Origin: Perkinsus chesapeaki ATCC PRA-425
Lineage: Eukaryota > Protista > Perkinsozoa
NCBI GenBank assembly: GCA_013115145.1
Contig: JAAPAO010000026.1
Location: 1-64,000, forward strand
DNA: 64,000 nt
Direction: 5' to 3'
The notes under the pieces were generated by a model that made no database searches, had not been told where the DNA came from, and saw nothing but the letters and a program-made list of their open reading frames with translations. This document shows positions 1 through 12,806 of the stretch, piece by piece. The first letter of the stretch is position 1. Each line of letters starts with the position of its first letter. A program made the translations under genes and the position numbers.

Positions 1-72
<72 letters not shown>
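1..72. repeat. (CTA)n microsatellite, truncated by the window edge
   Basis: Perfect CTA trinucleotide run from base 1. Confidence 0.98.
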
Positions 73-73
<1 letters not shown>

Positions 74-2105
74 CATTCCGCAACTGAATACAAATAGGGC
101 AAATAGAGAGTATCTTCTGTTGACTATGGGGAACAGTAATGTTTTTAACGGTGATACCTCTGGAATTGGTGTACCTGATTATTATTACTATGCATCATCA
201 CTGGGGTGGTGAATGATGATGAGATGTTACCTGGTATAACATCACTTTTAGGGCAAGGTGGCAATGCTAAATACAGGAATGAACCCATAATTGAGAGCAT
301 ACCAGATAACCAAAATGACAGTAATAGGTATCTGATAGGTAAACTACAACATTCTACATTACTAAATCACTAGTATCATTACTCGTTGGCATCAGTTAGG
401 TTCTGAGCTCTAGAGGTAAAAAGAAGTCCAAGAGCAACATTTAATAACCCAGCCCCCACATAGGAGAAAAAATATGTACCAAAAAACCTGATAACGACCA
501 GAATTAAGTGTAATATTGTCAATTGGATATTACAATGACATATTCCGAGAGAGCATTGAGCGAAATTGGCCACCACCATGGGGACCGTCTCGATCATTGA
601 GACTATTGTTATCATTTTGGTCGTTATCATTCACTACACCATCCAAGGCACTTGATCTTGTTGGATCACGACAGCAAAAGTAACTATTAAAATAAAGAGT
701 ATACATCAGTTACTATCAGTAATACAACAACAACTACTACTTACCCAGATCTACCTATTATTATGTATGATCCAACAACATCTAATGGATATAAAAAAGC
801 TGCTATACAACATGCTAATATATATATAGTCTGACCACGAAATGCTGTAGCAGCACCGAACACCAGATAGTATCTATTAGCACATTTAACGTACGTATAG
901 ATGGTGTTCTTACTACCACTTACATATGAAAAGAGCTACCTAGACCCCCAATAAGCAGTAAAAACTTAGCCTGGGTATTAATCTCAAACCATCTATGGAT
1001 AATAGGATATATCATACATATCAATGCTTCTATACCCAACCTAAGTAAACATAAGTAATAATAATAACAACATACAGTACAATGATGAGAATAATTATTA
1101 TGTAAAATATGATGATGTGTTTTTGTCGTTGATGGTATTACATAAGCATGCCTCTTACTATGGCTGCTTGACCGTACGCTGATACCTCATTAACATAAGA
1201 TGAGCGTAAACCAGCTTCAATAAGTCCTTTACATATTGATAGAACAATTCTGACGACAACAGCATATAAAAGACTAATAGTAAAGATTAAGATGTATCTT
1301 CTTTATTACATAATTTTGAGCCAGTATGTAGAATCACGATAATAAGGGCTAACAGGAGGAGGAGGGAGGGCATTGAACTCTTTATCTTCATCTTCCTGCT
1401 GTTGACGACGTTGTTGACCATATTGTGACCAAGTTGATGAAGACCTCCCCTTCAAACCAGCAGCAGTTTCTATCTCAGAACTTTCTGTAGTAAACCGATG
1501 CCACGAACTCCGGCTATCAGTACGGGCGAGAGAGCTGGTTTGACTATCACGTCGTAATCGTTGATAATAGTATATGCTTGCACTGCTGCTCTGTCGCCTC
1601 CTTGTATTATCAAAATCATATACCATTTCATCCTCGCAGATAGATACTGAACGTTGTGCCTGATATTATAGTAGACTCAATGTGAAGTGAATGTATAATA
1701 TAAGTTACTCTATCATCAATTGGTGCACTGCTCCTTTCATGTAAGGTTTCTACTCCTTCAATCAACCTTCGTTTCTTCCCTCTAACTGCTGCTGCTGTTG
1801 CTAGTGATGGTGGTATTAATGGTACACCACTTACAGTAGCTCTTCGATTGAGATTGTTAGGTATTGTTGTAGGAAATGGTGAAGCTTGAATTCCATCTGA
1901 CATAATTATAAACCACCGTACAAGTAACAAATATACCGAAATGTTATTTACCATCACAAGGAAAAGATGGATTCGGCATTGCTGGAGGTAATCCATTTGC
2001 CAATACGTCCTCATCGGTACCGTCTGATGATGATGACGAAGAAGAAGGATATGAATTTGCCTTATAATTATTTGATGTTAGATGTCTGTGATGGTCGGAG
2101 GGCAT
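70..2105 (-). CDS. Multi-pass membrane transporter-like protein, paralogue A (MFS-like?), 3' part runs off the window
   Basis: Spliced exons give MPSDHHRH...MVYDF...YWLKIM, GLIEAG, RWFEINTQAKFL, AFLYP, CRDPT, RFFGTYF...GAG and PPCPKSDVIPG. These motifs recur in the same order in paralogues B and C. There are many hydrophobic segments. The family was not identified with certainty. Confidence 0.7.
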
Positions 2106-4084
2106 TGACGATAGAGAAAGCTAATGATACAAGACAAGAGAAAAAAGACGGCTATATTGCACGGGTATCTCATATCAGCGATGATGATAATCATCATGCT
2201 TATAATGTACAGCATGATGATAAGAAGCGGTATCATTATTGATTGCAGCAGCAGCAGCACCTAGTAGCACAAAGCAACCACTAATAACAATGGTCTATAC
2301 ACAGTACTCAACAGGTACATAACACGTTCCGAAAATAAGTGAATGCTAGCCAGTAACACATTGAATGAATGATAATAATATAATTGGAAGGATCATAATG
2401 ATGATGATGATGAGGTGGATATAAGGTGAGTAATCTATAATGACGACCAGCTACTCTTTAGCGTAAATTTATAATATACGATAAGTCATTCCCACTGGTT
2501 ACAAACGATGTTGATGATGACGACGATGTGATACAATAAAATAGTCAATCAGCTAGATGAAAATCGATCATGATTTATTGCCTCTGCTTTTTATAGTCAA
2601 TGAGCCATACTGTACTCAATGGCAAAAATGATATAATGGAAAGTACCTAACATATATATCAGTTGTTGGTAACATACAATATAACTTATATACCAATAAG
2701 ATAATTGCGGCTATTATGTTTTCACCCTGGCAATAGTCACCAGTTATTTTGCCGATAATTATGTCTATGATACTTTGGAGAACAAACCCGAAGGATCTGA
2801 GCCCTTTAATATGGGCTGATATTTGTAAATGATATCTGTGATAAAATGGTGAATAATATGAGGGGAAGATTATTGTTACGGAGTAGGTTGATATATTTGA
2901 TGAACTGCTGATGGTAGATGTGCTTTAAAGGGCATTAAGCCCATTCCAGTGAGAATAATTGATAACGCCACAATCAAGTAATGATAAATCTCTACGTTAT
3001 TCACTTGTGCCCAATCATCTATACCATCTTCATCCACCTGAATCGTAACTTTAATATTTTTATGATAACATTTTGTAATATCACAGATTTAATAAAGTTG
3101 AGTGTCCCCAAATATACCCATCCATCAGGACCAACATTGTCAGTAACTGCTGCAGCTGATAGTACAATAGAATATGAAAGAGCCAATATTAGAGATATGA
3201 TACCAAATACGAGAACCTATAAAACAGTAATATTATAATGTACCACATTGTTATGAACTCACAGCTTTAATGGTGAAATAACCCTTGTAAACAGCCAATC
3301 CTAGTAAGAATGATATTACACCGTCAACAAATAAAGCAAAACCTGTAACCAAACCAGAGCTCTTCGGACCAATACGAGGTGTTGATATGTATAATACGAA
3401 ATCAATATAAACATAAGCTTCAACCTGACAAGGAATAAAGAAGCATCGGCGTCTAGGCATAAACCGATTGGATTGGATCTCCACAATATCTGATATTCTG
3501 TGAACTACGCAGGACTTCTGATGTAATTCCGTGAATGCTATATTCTTATGAAGGGTCAACCAACGTACACCAGCGTACTAAAGGCCAAAGTTTTTCCATC
3601 AGACTGTAGGCCAATGAAATGCACAACTGAAGAAGTGAAACTTACCATTCCACATAATACAAGTAGGATTGCATATGGGCGAAAGCGACTATTAGTGAAT
3701 GGAAGAATGACAGTTTTCCAAGGTGATACATATGGTGTAGGAGTGCCTGATAAAAGAATGGTCCGTAATAGTAGCAATTCTTTCATTGTAATCTTACCAG
3801 GAATAACATCACTACGTGGACATGGTGGTATACCCAGATAACAGAATGCTCCAACTAAAGATATCATACCAAGAGACCAGAATGCTAATATTGTATATCT
3901 GAAATTGAGGGTATACCAAATTGATGGGCATGTAGTACTCGCCAAGGTTTAGGCTCTGAGCCTGTGACTGTATTATAACGCCTAATATTATCAATAATAT
4001 CCCTGCACCAGTATAAAACCCAAAGTATATTCCGTGAAACCTGAAAATAGGTATTATGTAATATCGTGGTCATAATCCATTGGT

Positions 4085-6070
4085 AGCTTTTAATAAAGTG
4101 TACGAGCTCTACAAATGCGGTACCTAGACTACTTGAGGAGTTTCTCGAAACGAGGAGCTTCGATCGGAGTTCGATGTCGTTTCTTTAACATAAATACAGG
4201 TCACGCGAGCTGTTGCGTTAGAATTGAAGCGTACCCCAAAAACGCACTTACTCGGTGAACGCAATAAGATTAGCCTGAGATTGTCAGGCTGACAATAAGC
4301 CTGTTATGGTTATCCAGGTTGTGATCCACAACTTGTGGGTGCACTATGATTCATATACGATTGCCGCTTCGTACACCAAGTGCGATCCGTGAGACTCTCA
4401 CGGTGAGAGTCATACACCAAACGTTTATACAGAGTATATTTCATACAATGCCAAAATCCATACACTTAAGTTTCATTCTCGCCTAGTTTTTAAATTGTAT
4501 ACCTTATACTCCATTCCAAATTTGAATCTACGCTTCATTTGTTGCGCCTAAGGATCGAGTCTCATAGCCACAATTCGATCCATAGACTACCATTGGCTTA
4601 GCGCTCGACATACTCGTCAACATAATCCACTTCAATGCTTACTGTTTACTCGAAGTGTGCCACGCAGCGTAGCTGAGATGCTCCAGAGAGTCCCCGAGCA
4701 CATGTAATAAGCAGCTCTAACATTCAGGTCAGTATAGCATAGTGGTAATGTACAATTCTAGAATCTGGAAGGGCGCTGGTTAGATTCTCGTCGAGAATTT
4801 CTCGAGTGATGAGGATTGAAAGCCAGCACTGCTGAATCAGCAGGTTCAGGTAGAGGAACTCTACGACCTGCGGGCACTATACTGGGTTCAGCAGTTGATT
4901 CAATCAACTTGATTGATCTGTACTGACAGTACAGTACTGTCTACTTTTGTGCATGACGTACGAGTGATTGTGGTGTCGGCTACGTATCTTAGCGTCACGC
5001 TAGTAGCTTCAGTATTAATCATTTATATGAATACTTACGTAATTATTGTAGCTGTTATTATCTTACATCCTTCATAAGATAGACGGTGTTTGTTTATAAG
5101 TCTCACTAATCATCAAACCGTCATAGAACTGGCCCGAGAATTTTCGGAACATGTCGCAGAGCGGCTAGTTCACGCATCATGTTGCCAAACCTTCCTAAAG
5201 CAACGTGCAACTTGCACGGAATGAAAATTTATAGCGTCGAGGTGTATACGAGAATGGTGCGTATGAAGTTGATACAGTGTAAGAATCTAATGTGTAACAA
5301 TTTGTCGTGTATGGTATTACAGTGTATGACCTGGTGGGGTATGAATCGAAGTGTTGGATTTATATGCATCCACATTGCAAGCACTGTAGCATTGCAGGCA
5401 GTGCAAAGCACGTAATGTCCGACGTGTGATGCTTTCACTGCACTCGACTCATTTGTGCGAGTGCAAGTGGCCATTGCGCAAGAAGCACTCAACTCACTGC
5501 GCGTAATACACTACACATGCGACCAATTTGGGCGAAAACCGCCATATAAATGCATTGGAGGGCACGCAGTGCTTGGAAGTGCAAAACCACTACAACGGCA
5601 CGATGCGCTCGCCCGGGAATTGCTAGCTTGTGTTACTGAGGAACGCTGAGGATCGGGCTAGGAATAAGAATTGCTAAAGAGCTGCATTTCTGTACGCAGG
5701 TCGCTGGAGCGATTGATTTTTTCCTCTTCTATTGCGTAGGCTTGTTTGTGTGTCGCTCGCTCGGCTGCCGTCACAGCAGTAGTGTGTCTCCAAGCCTGTG
5801 TGATAACTCTGTCTGAGTGTTACCACGTGTGACTACTAGCCATTCTATGTTTGGTGGATGCGCTGTCAGCGCAGCGCTGAGCGACACCACGATTGCGCGT
5901 TCTATCAATGCCCAAGGGTGGAAAGTGTTGCGTTAGAAACATGGGTGGGATTAAAATTTAATCCCCTTGAAAACCTTCCATTTAATCATTAAATGAAAGG
6001 TTTGCAAGGGTTTGCAGTGAAAATGTAGACTTGTGCGGAACGGCTATCACTCTAGACTCGGTGTCCCATT
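4085..6070. mobile_element. ~2 kb foreign insert in paralogue B, possibly a decayed non-LTR (CRE-like) retroelement
   Basis: Absent from the equivalent position of paralogues A and C and lacks the microsatellite-rich intron style. A broken + strand frame reads CPTCD...CDQFG...CIGG...RHDALAREL, resembling the CCHC region of RLE-type non-LTR elements. No clear termini were found. Confidence 0.35.
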
Positions 6071-6813
6071 AACGTGAAATCTGGTAAGCGTTTCTATGAA
6101 ACAGCCGGGTGTCTATGCTCCATAAAAAGTACGAAGGAGGTCCCGCAAGAAGGAATAGATGGACAGTTCCAATCCACAGCTCTAATAGTCCAACTCTGGT
6201 CACGGGTAACGATTACGCCCCTTTTCATGGATGTTGCATACTTCATTCAACACGATTGTTACCTTGCTAGAGTTCTTCCTAGCCTCTCATCTCCGCTCAT
6301 TCGGCCATCACTATATCTACGAGCAATACGTAGGTTCGACAACGATGATGACGGCGCTTCAAGTTGTGGGGAAATATTATGATCATCATTTGTGGGGTCA
6401 TGCACGCGGAAGTAACTATAATACACCATAATGTTGAACGCTCAATTAATGCGATGATTTCCTACGCAGATCTCGCAACCATAGCGAACGCTCCTATGGA
6501 TGATAGTGGGTATAATAGGCCGGCAAGACCATGATTAATGATAAAGATAGCTACACCACCAGGTGCCCAGGATGTAACACTGTTCTGCCATATAAAGTAG
6601 TATCTAAGAACTGTTAAATACCTATTGCTGTTGTCCCTTGTCGTGATATATTATTATTCTTACATGTATATTGGCACTGAGATTGCTCCAATGAAGAGCA
6701 AAAACTTAGCCTGAGAATGTAACTCAAACCATCTGAAGCATAATGGTGTCAAGCAATAGGTGACAATCTCCACTGAGTACCTGGGAGCGACAAGAAAAGA
6801 GCTAAACTCCGCA

Positions 6814-6990
6814 CGGGTAGCATCTGTCGAAGATAGGGTGTCCAAAATTCTGTCGCTTAATCAAGCATACCAATCGATTCCCCATGTTCTAGGGACTTCA
6901 AAAATGGATTTCTTAGAGTTGGCTTACATCTGTATGATTTTTTATTGTCACATATAGAAATGGCGCGCAGAATGTAAAAAGCGCGCGCCC
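6814..6990 (+). repeat. Left terminal inverted repeat
   Basis: CGGGTAGCATCTGTCGAAGATAGGG...GCGCGCGCCC, inverted at 12632-12806. Confidence 0.95.
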
Positions 6991-7292
6991 GATATAAGTT
7001 GCACACCTCAATTCCACCGGCAAACCGACGATACAACAACACAAAACACAAACTTTGAAGCCCAGACGGCTTCAACTTATGAATTCTTACAACAAAACGA
7101 AAAAAAAACGGTTAGTGACTCGAGTCCGACGAACTACCATCTTCATCTGACATCGCAAGCGCCAGATGTTGAATCACATTCACTGGCTAATATGCTTATG
7201 CTGGTGTCAGACTCAGACCTGTCAGTTTCAACTTTCCCGATCTCTCGCTCTTTTGCCCTCTCAGCCTCATCCCACCTCAAGTTCCAGTTATA

Positions 7293-9768
7293 CTACACCA
7301 TGCAATCAACAAGCCGATCTGGAAAAGCTTTGTTTTCCGGGTTTACTTTGAACCGTAAGTTCCATATGCGCTGGAGTCTCGCATGGAGAGCTTCCCCGGA
7401 CTGCTCCGAAGAAAGGCCCAGGCCAGCTTCTGGCACCGACTCGTAGTTCAATAAATACTCTTTCACATGGTGAAGTACAACGTGAACTTTGAGAGTGCGT
7501 ACTAGACTAGTTGCATCCCATGCAGAGCCGAACCTCTCGATAGACCGCTCCCATCCATCTACTCTGTAAAGTCCAAGACACTTCTCTTTGAACTCGTGAA
7601 AAGCCTTCAATGCATTCACCAACAGAGTAGCCTTGGGAGAGAACGGTATCTTGTCATCCGCGATAACGTCAAGTAGGCGAGAGCAGCTGTTACCCTCGAG
7701 TGCGCCTTCAAAGTAGGCTGAACGCCCAATGTTGTTATCGGCAAGGGCCTTGCAGTGCCTGGTATATAGTGATCCTTTGCTGGTGCACTCGTCAGAAGGC
7801 CTTGCAAGGCTGTACAACTTATTCACAATACCAAACATCAGATGCAGAGGCGGGAGAGTTAGAAGTTCAAGAGGAGATTTGTCCCATTGTATCACTGGCT
7901 GGGCGACCACGCTATGAGCTCCATCCTTCAGATCCTGCATATGCCTTGTCCAAGTTCTACGATGCCCTGGTTCAGCTGTGTCTCGGGTACTACAGCAGAA
8001 AGGGCACGACAAGCATCGGCGAGACCTTCAAATCACACGCAATTTGTTTCGCCATTCCAAGGTGAACCATCTTCTTGAAAGCATAGCGGAGCGTTACGGT
8101 GGTGAAATCGACGAAAGATCAAGAGAGTGAAACACCCGATGCCCCGTCACGCACGCGCAATGTTTCGACACAACCTGTCGGTCGCATGCGTGCAATTTCT
8201 TAGCGACGCCGATCGATATGACTAGCACGAAGCTGTTGCCAACAACCATGTTTCATGCGGAGCAGAAATGTACCGCTGGCATAGGTTGATGATTTTAACC
8301 ACTCCCCCCCCCCCGATCCGGGAGATGTGCACGGGTACATCAATTACAGCATAGCCGAACGATGTACGCGTGCGCATAGAAACATCAGCGAGTAAGGAGT
8401 TACCGCTAGGGCAACAGAGTTTGTCCCTCGGTTTCCGACCCAACCGGATCGACTCCATCACCCGCTGTGTTTCTCCTATCCCACACTCTCGTGTGAGAGG
8501 AGATTTCATTGATGGAATCGCAACCAAAGATCTGTTCCAGATTATGCCTTGTCTCCGCGCCCTCACCCATACCAATGACGAAGTTCTTGAGAACACTATT
8601 AGGGGCGGGGATGTACTTCGATCCTTCCTCCATGGTCACGATGTTGACAGATACCTTGAGGAACTGCTGACCACCATCAAACTGCAGTTTCAGCCTAGTC
8701 ACGCGGTTAGCTTCGTTACCAGTCACCACACCAAATAACGCCTCGACATCATTGCATATACCAAAAGGGGTAGAGATTGGATCAGCCTGAGTGTCTGACT
8801 GCAATAGAAGCTTTTCCGGCCGAAATAGGTGACCGAAAATTTCCCATCGTTCCTCCCATGCATTCCTCAGACCACCCTTGGGGAACTGAATACCCTCACG
8901 TCGCAAGACTTTGCAGAGTTCTCGAGCACTCTTCTGACCGAGTCCCAGGTGTCCTAGGCGCAGAAGATCTCGTGCCCCCTCGCGACTCAATTCAGTTGAC
9001 TTCAGGCGAGGTCGATAGGAGACTGGGCATAATGCAAGGAACTCGTTAGAACCCAGGGATACACCAGGAAGGACCAGGAAGGACCACTCGTTAGAACCAA
9101 GGAAGAGCCGAAGGATGAGAGCCACCGGCTTCTGTTGCAGCCTCCTCGAACTTCTCCTTCAGGCGCTGTGCCACCATCTTGTCAACATACTTCCGGGCTT
9201 TCGCCCTTTCAGCAAATATCTTGCCTGCTGCGTGAGGACGCTTCAGAGCCAGCTTGCAGAGCTTGTCGTTGTGCTCATTCTCTGGTAAGCCGCACCGCGT
9301 GCATATCTTCTTGATGGGCGAGTGCTTAGCAGGTCTACCGGGCTTGGGTGTGTCGGACTTGAACTTTTCCTTCTCGTTGGATAAGCACTTGGAGGCAATG
9401 CAACATATCTTGCACCGATTACCCTCAGCACAAACTACAGACGTTCGGGTCTCAACAACGTCATAGTCCCTTGCGAGGCTGTCGTAGCACTGGCGCTTCT
9501 CCCGAGCCCATATGCCGTAATCGGTTATGCCTCTCTCAAAGTCGCCCAGCCGAGTGCTACACGGGTTGCAGAGCACCTTAGGAAGACGAATGTTTGCCAA
9601 CTCCCGTTTAAAGTCGAACTGATAGAACCTCAAGGCTCGGTCGCATAATTGTGCGCTCGGCGGAGACCTCTTTGTTTGTCGCCTTACCAGTTTAAGCCGC
9701 GTGAAGCAGAACCGGCAAACGCAGTACAGCTTACTGATGTGGTAGTCATCAACAGCAGGGGTGGGCAC
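7293..9768 (-). pseudogene. Chapaev (CMC superfamily) DDE transposase, disrupted
   Basis: N-terminal H-x5-CxCRFC...LPKVLCNPC...C...CKIC zinc motif. Core motifs LKLQFDGGQQFLKV, IACDLK, CPFC, PPLHLMFGIVNKLY, LKVHVVLHHV and SEQSGEALH. It has a frameshift after ACDLKV, a stop in MV*YN and no in-frame ATG. Probable introns lie at ~9040-9125 and ~8070-8490. Confidence 0.8.
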
Positions 9769-9771
9769 CTC

Positions 9772-9920
9772 GATCCGGTCCGGTCAGTCCGGTTTGTCCG
9801 GTTTGTCCGGTCCGTCCGTCCGGCGGAACGGAGCCGACCGGATTAAGCAACCCGTCTTGAGTCCAGTCCGGTTCGGGTCTGTCCGGTCCGATCCGGTTAG
9901 TCCGGTCAGTCCGGTCATCT
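9772..9920. repeat. Array of TCCGG/GTCCGG short repeats
   Basis: About a dozen TCCGG cores with short spacers, directly 5' of the Chapaev frame. Confidence 0.85.
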
Positions 9921-10289
9921 GGCTATGGTGCCGTTCGTTGCCAGTGCATCTTTTGGGCGCGCGCAATCTCTAGTAATGCAGCGCGCGCCTTAAATGGGAT
10001 CTGTGTGATTCACATTGCGAGCAGATAATACGCCGACCAAATTACGCATAGTATGATATTATTCTTGTCGAGTTGGGTCAAGCAACGGCTGCTTTATAAT
10101 TCGCATCGAATCATTGGCTGTGGTTAACTGACTCCTTCCATCGAATTTCTGCCAGCAGCAGCCCTCCAAACGCAATGTTAGCTAGCCCCCTACCCAGTGG
10201 CACCCCAAATGGGTCCCCACCCACCTTAAGGAAAAGTAGTACGCAATCTACAGGGTATCCGTTCCTCGGTAAATTTCAGCAGGTAGACC

Positions 10290-12400
10290 GAGTAAAAGGC
10301 AAAAAATGAGAAGGAGCACTATTCCGGACCGTTTTACCTTGGAATTCGCGGACCAGTTCGAGAAAATAGAAAACGGCTACGTTGAATGCAGAAGATGCGG
10401 CTGAGAGGTCAGATTTACACATGGAAGTTACAAAAATATGATTAATCATAAGTGTGAGAATGCGCGCCGTACACGAAAACGAGGGAAAACCGATGCGGAG
10501 GGATCTAAAATGATGGATCAATTTGTTGAAGAAGGCTTTCACGAGAAGACCACCGAGCTTATTTTGCAAATGGTGAGTACCATCTTCCGGTCTACTTAGT
10601 AGACTCTACTAGCGTGCTCTCGCCGCTAGGTTGATTCGAAATTTTCGAAGATGTCAGATAATTACCGACTCCGTACCACCGTGCATAGTCGAAAAACGTG
10701 GGTTTCGTGATTTGCTTCAACACTTAACAAGGGGAAGTTACACATGCCCATCATCAAGAACAACAAGAAGGTGAGTCCCTATTGTCAAGCCCTTATCATT
10801 GAGTGGCGCAGTGTTAGAAAATTGGATAAGCTGCATGAACAATGCCAGCAGAGTACGAAAGACAAATTATCTCCCGATGTCGTGTGCAACGCAGTGTCAT
10901 TGACAGCTGACGTATGGACGAGAAAACATAGAAGCTCCCTCTTGGGTGTCATGTGCCACTATCGGCAAACTTCAACCGTCGACTTTAATCAATCGATCGA
11001 TAAGGTTAGAATAGTTTGAAAACGTTGGAAAGGCTGGTTGGGTAAGGTTGTCCGGGCCGGCGACCTGAAGACGGCAGCAATAGCCTTGCACCCTATAAAA
11101 GGGTCCCACACCGCAGAGAAGCATTTCGAAGTGCTCACGGGAGCCATTAGCAGAATGCAGCAACTGGACAGGGTAATATATGATGATCGTTGCAGCACAT
11201 CGATAATATATGCACTGCTAGTAGGTTTATTTTATTGTGACTGATAGAGGGAGTGCCATCAAGAAGTGTTGGACAAATGAAGAACTACTCTCCAACGAAT
11301 TACCCAAGCTGCAAGCATAGCTACCATGTGCAGCGCATTCTTTACACTTGTGCGTGTGTAATGCACTAAGTATGTTTCGGAAGAACCCTGCTGCATTGGC
11401 GAAGCGAAATGGTTCAGATGGTATAGACAATTTGATTGATGGCCTAAATCCACCTCAACCCACAAATAGTGATGATATCGCAAGCACATCAGATGATGAA
11501 GAGGAAATTTCAAGTCTTTTTGAAGGCTATGGCTCCGAGAAGTCAGATGATGAGGATGAAGATTGGCCAGAGGAGGGTAATGATGCAGCGTGGGAAGAAG
11601 GGGTGGAGCTGGTGGGGCCAAACTCCAACTCCCAAACGGTAGTTGAGCGAGCTATCGACAAAACCAGAAATATGGTTAAGCTTTTGCGTAAATCTGCTCT
11701 GGCCCGAGATACAGCTGAAAATATCAGAGCTAGAATGGAGAGCCCTCCCCCGATGCCCTTGGCTCTTGATGTACGAACAAGGTGGAATAGTTGCCTCCAC
11801 ATGATAAAAGAAGTCCTGAAAAATCAGGCTACATATGAAAGACTACACAGTGAGGTCCGTCGGATCACTGACAAGCATTCCCCCGTGCGTAAAATAATTA
11901 CTCAGTGTGATCTGTCTGCAATGGATTACGAGACCCTCACGAGCCTTGCTCTGTGTTTGGAGCCTTTCAATGAAGTTACATCATATCTGGGAGTCACTAA
12001 GTTCAGCACGTTGCCAACTCTACTAATTAGCATTATGCTTGTCAAATCTTTCCTTGTACAATTGGAGAATAGCAACGAGCTACAACGGCAGCACAGGTTC
12101 TGTGCGAAGTTACTCCCTGCATTGAAACAAAAACTGGGCAAGTATTTCAGCTACACAACGGAAAATGACTGGGTGGTCTGTGCATGTTACTTGAATCCAG
12201 ATAGCCGAAATATGAGCGAGGCTTCTGAGGCGGTGGCCCCGGAGTATACCATCACTGATGCGAGGGGACGAAGCGCGGTTTTCGCTTGCTTACAAAGCTT
12301 AGGTTTACTTGACGACGAATCTGGTGGAAATACGCTGGCAGCTACTTCTGATGGAATCGAAAGATTGGACATTGGCGAGAGTTCGATGTCAGGTATATAA
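10290..12400 (+). pseudogene. hAT transposase, disrupted and C-terminally truncated
   Basis: BED-like CRRC...NH.C, PPCIVEKRGFRDLL, LTADVWT...LLGVMCHY, SHTAE, VTDRGS, PCAAHSLHLCV and LDVRTRWNS. In-frame stops lie in the BED region and before PCAAH. No C-terminal dimerisation or catalytic Glu motif is seen before the right TIR. Confidence 0.88.
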
Positions 12401-12631
12401 GAGTATTATAGCGGAACACGGAGGAAGTTCGGGGGGGTCTGCAGCACCTTGCGCAGAGCACTAGCAAGGTGCCTGCGCAGCACGTGACGCCCATAACGAG
12501 CGGGAATGTTAGGTATTTCGTGAGCTTAGGCCTGTGTTATATGTCGCTACGCATTGTAGACGTGATTTCCGGTTGTTTAACGGCTTCGGGAGCTTTGGGT
12601 CACCCTTCAGACGGTGTCGAGAGTCACTACT

Positions 12632-12806
12632 GGGCGCGCGCTTTTTACATTTTGCGCGCCATTTCTATATGTGACAATAAAATCATACAGATGTAAGCCA
12701 ACTCTAATAAATCCATTTTTGAAGTCCCTAGAACATGGGGAATCGATTGGTATGCTTGATTAAGCGACAGAATTTTGGACACCCTATCTTCGACAGATGC
12801 TACCCG
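12632..12806 (-). repeat. Right terminal inverted repeat
   Basis: Reverse complement of 6814-6990. Confidence 0.95.

Noticed and set aside
10395-10405. In-frame TGA in the hAT BED region as evidence of stop-codon reassignment
   Set aside because: The element also has an in-frame TAG and a truncation, and host genes such as AP2S1 end in TGA, so ordinary decay explains it.
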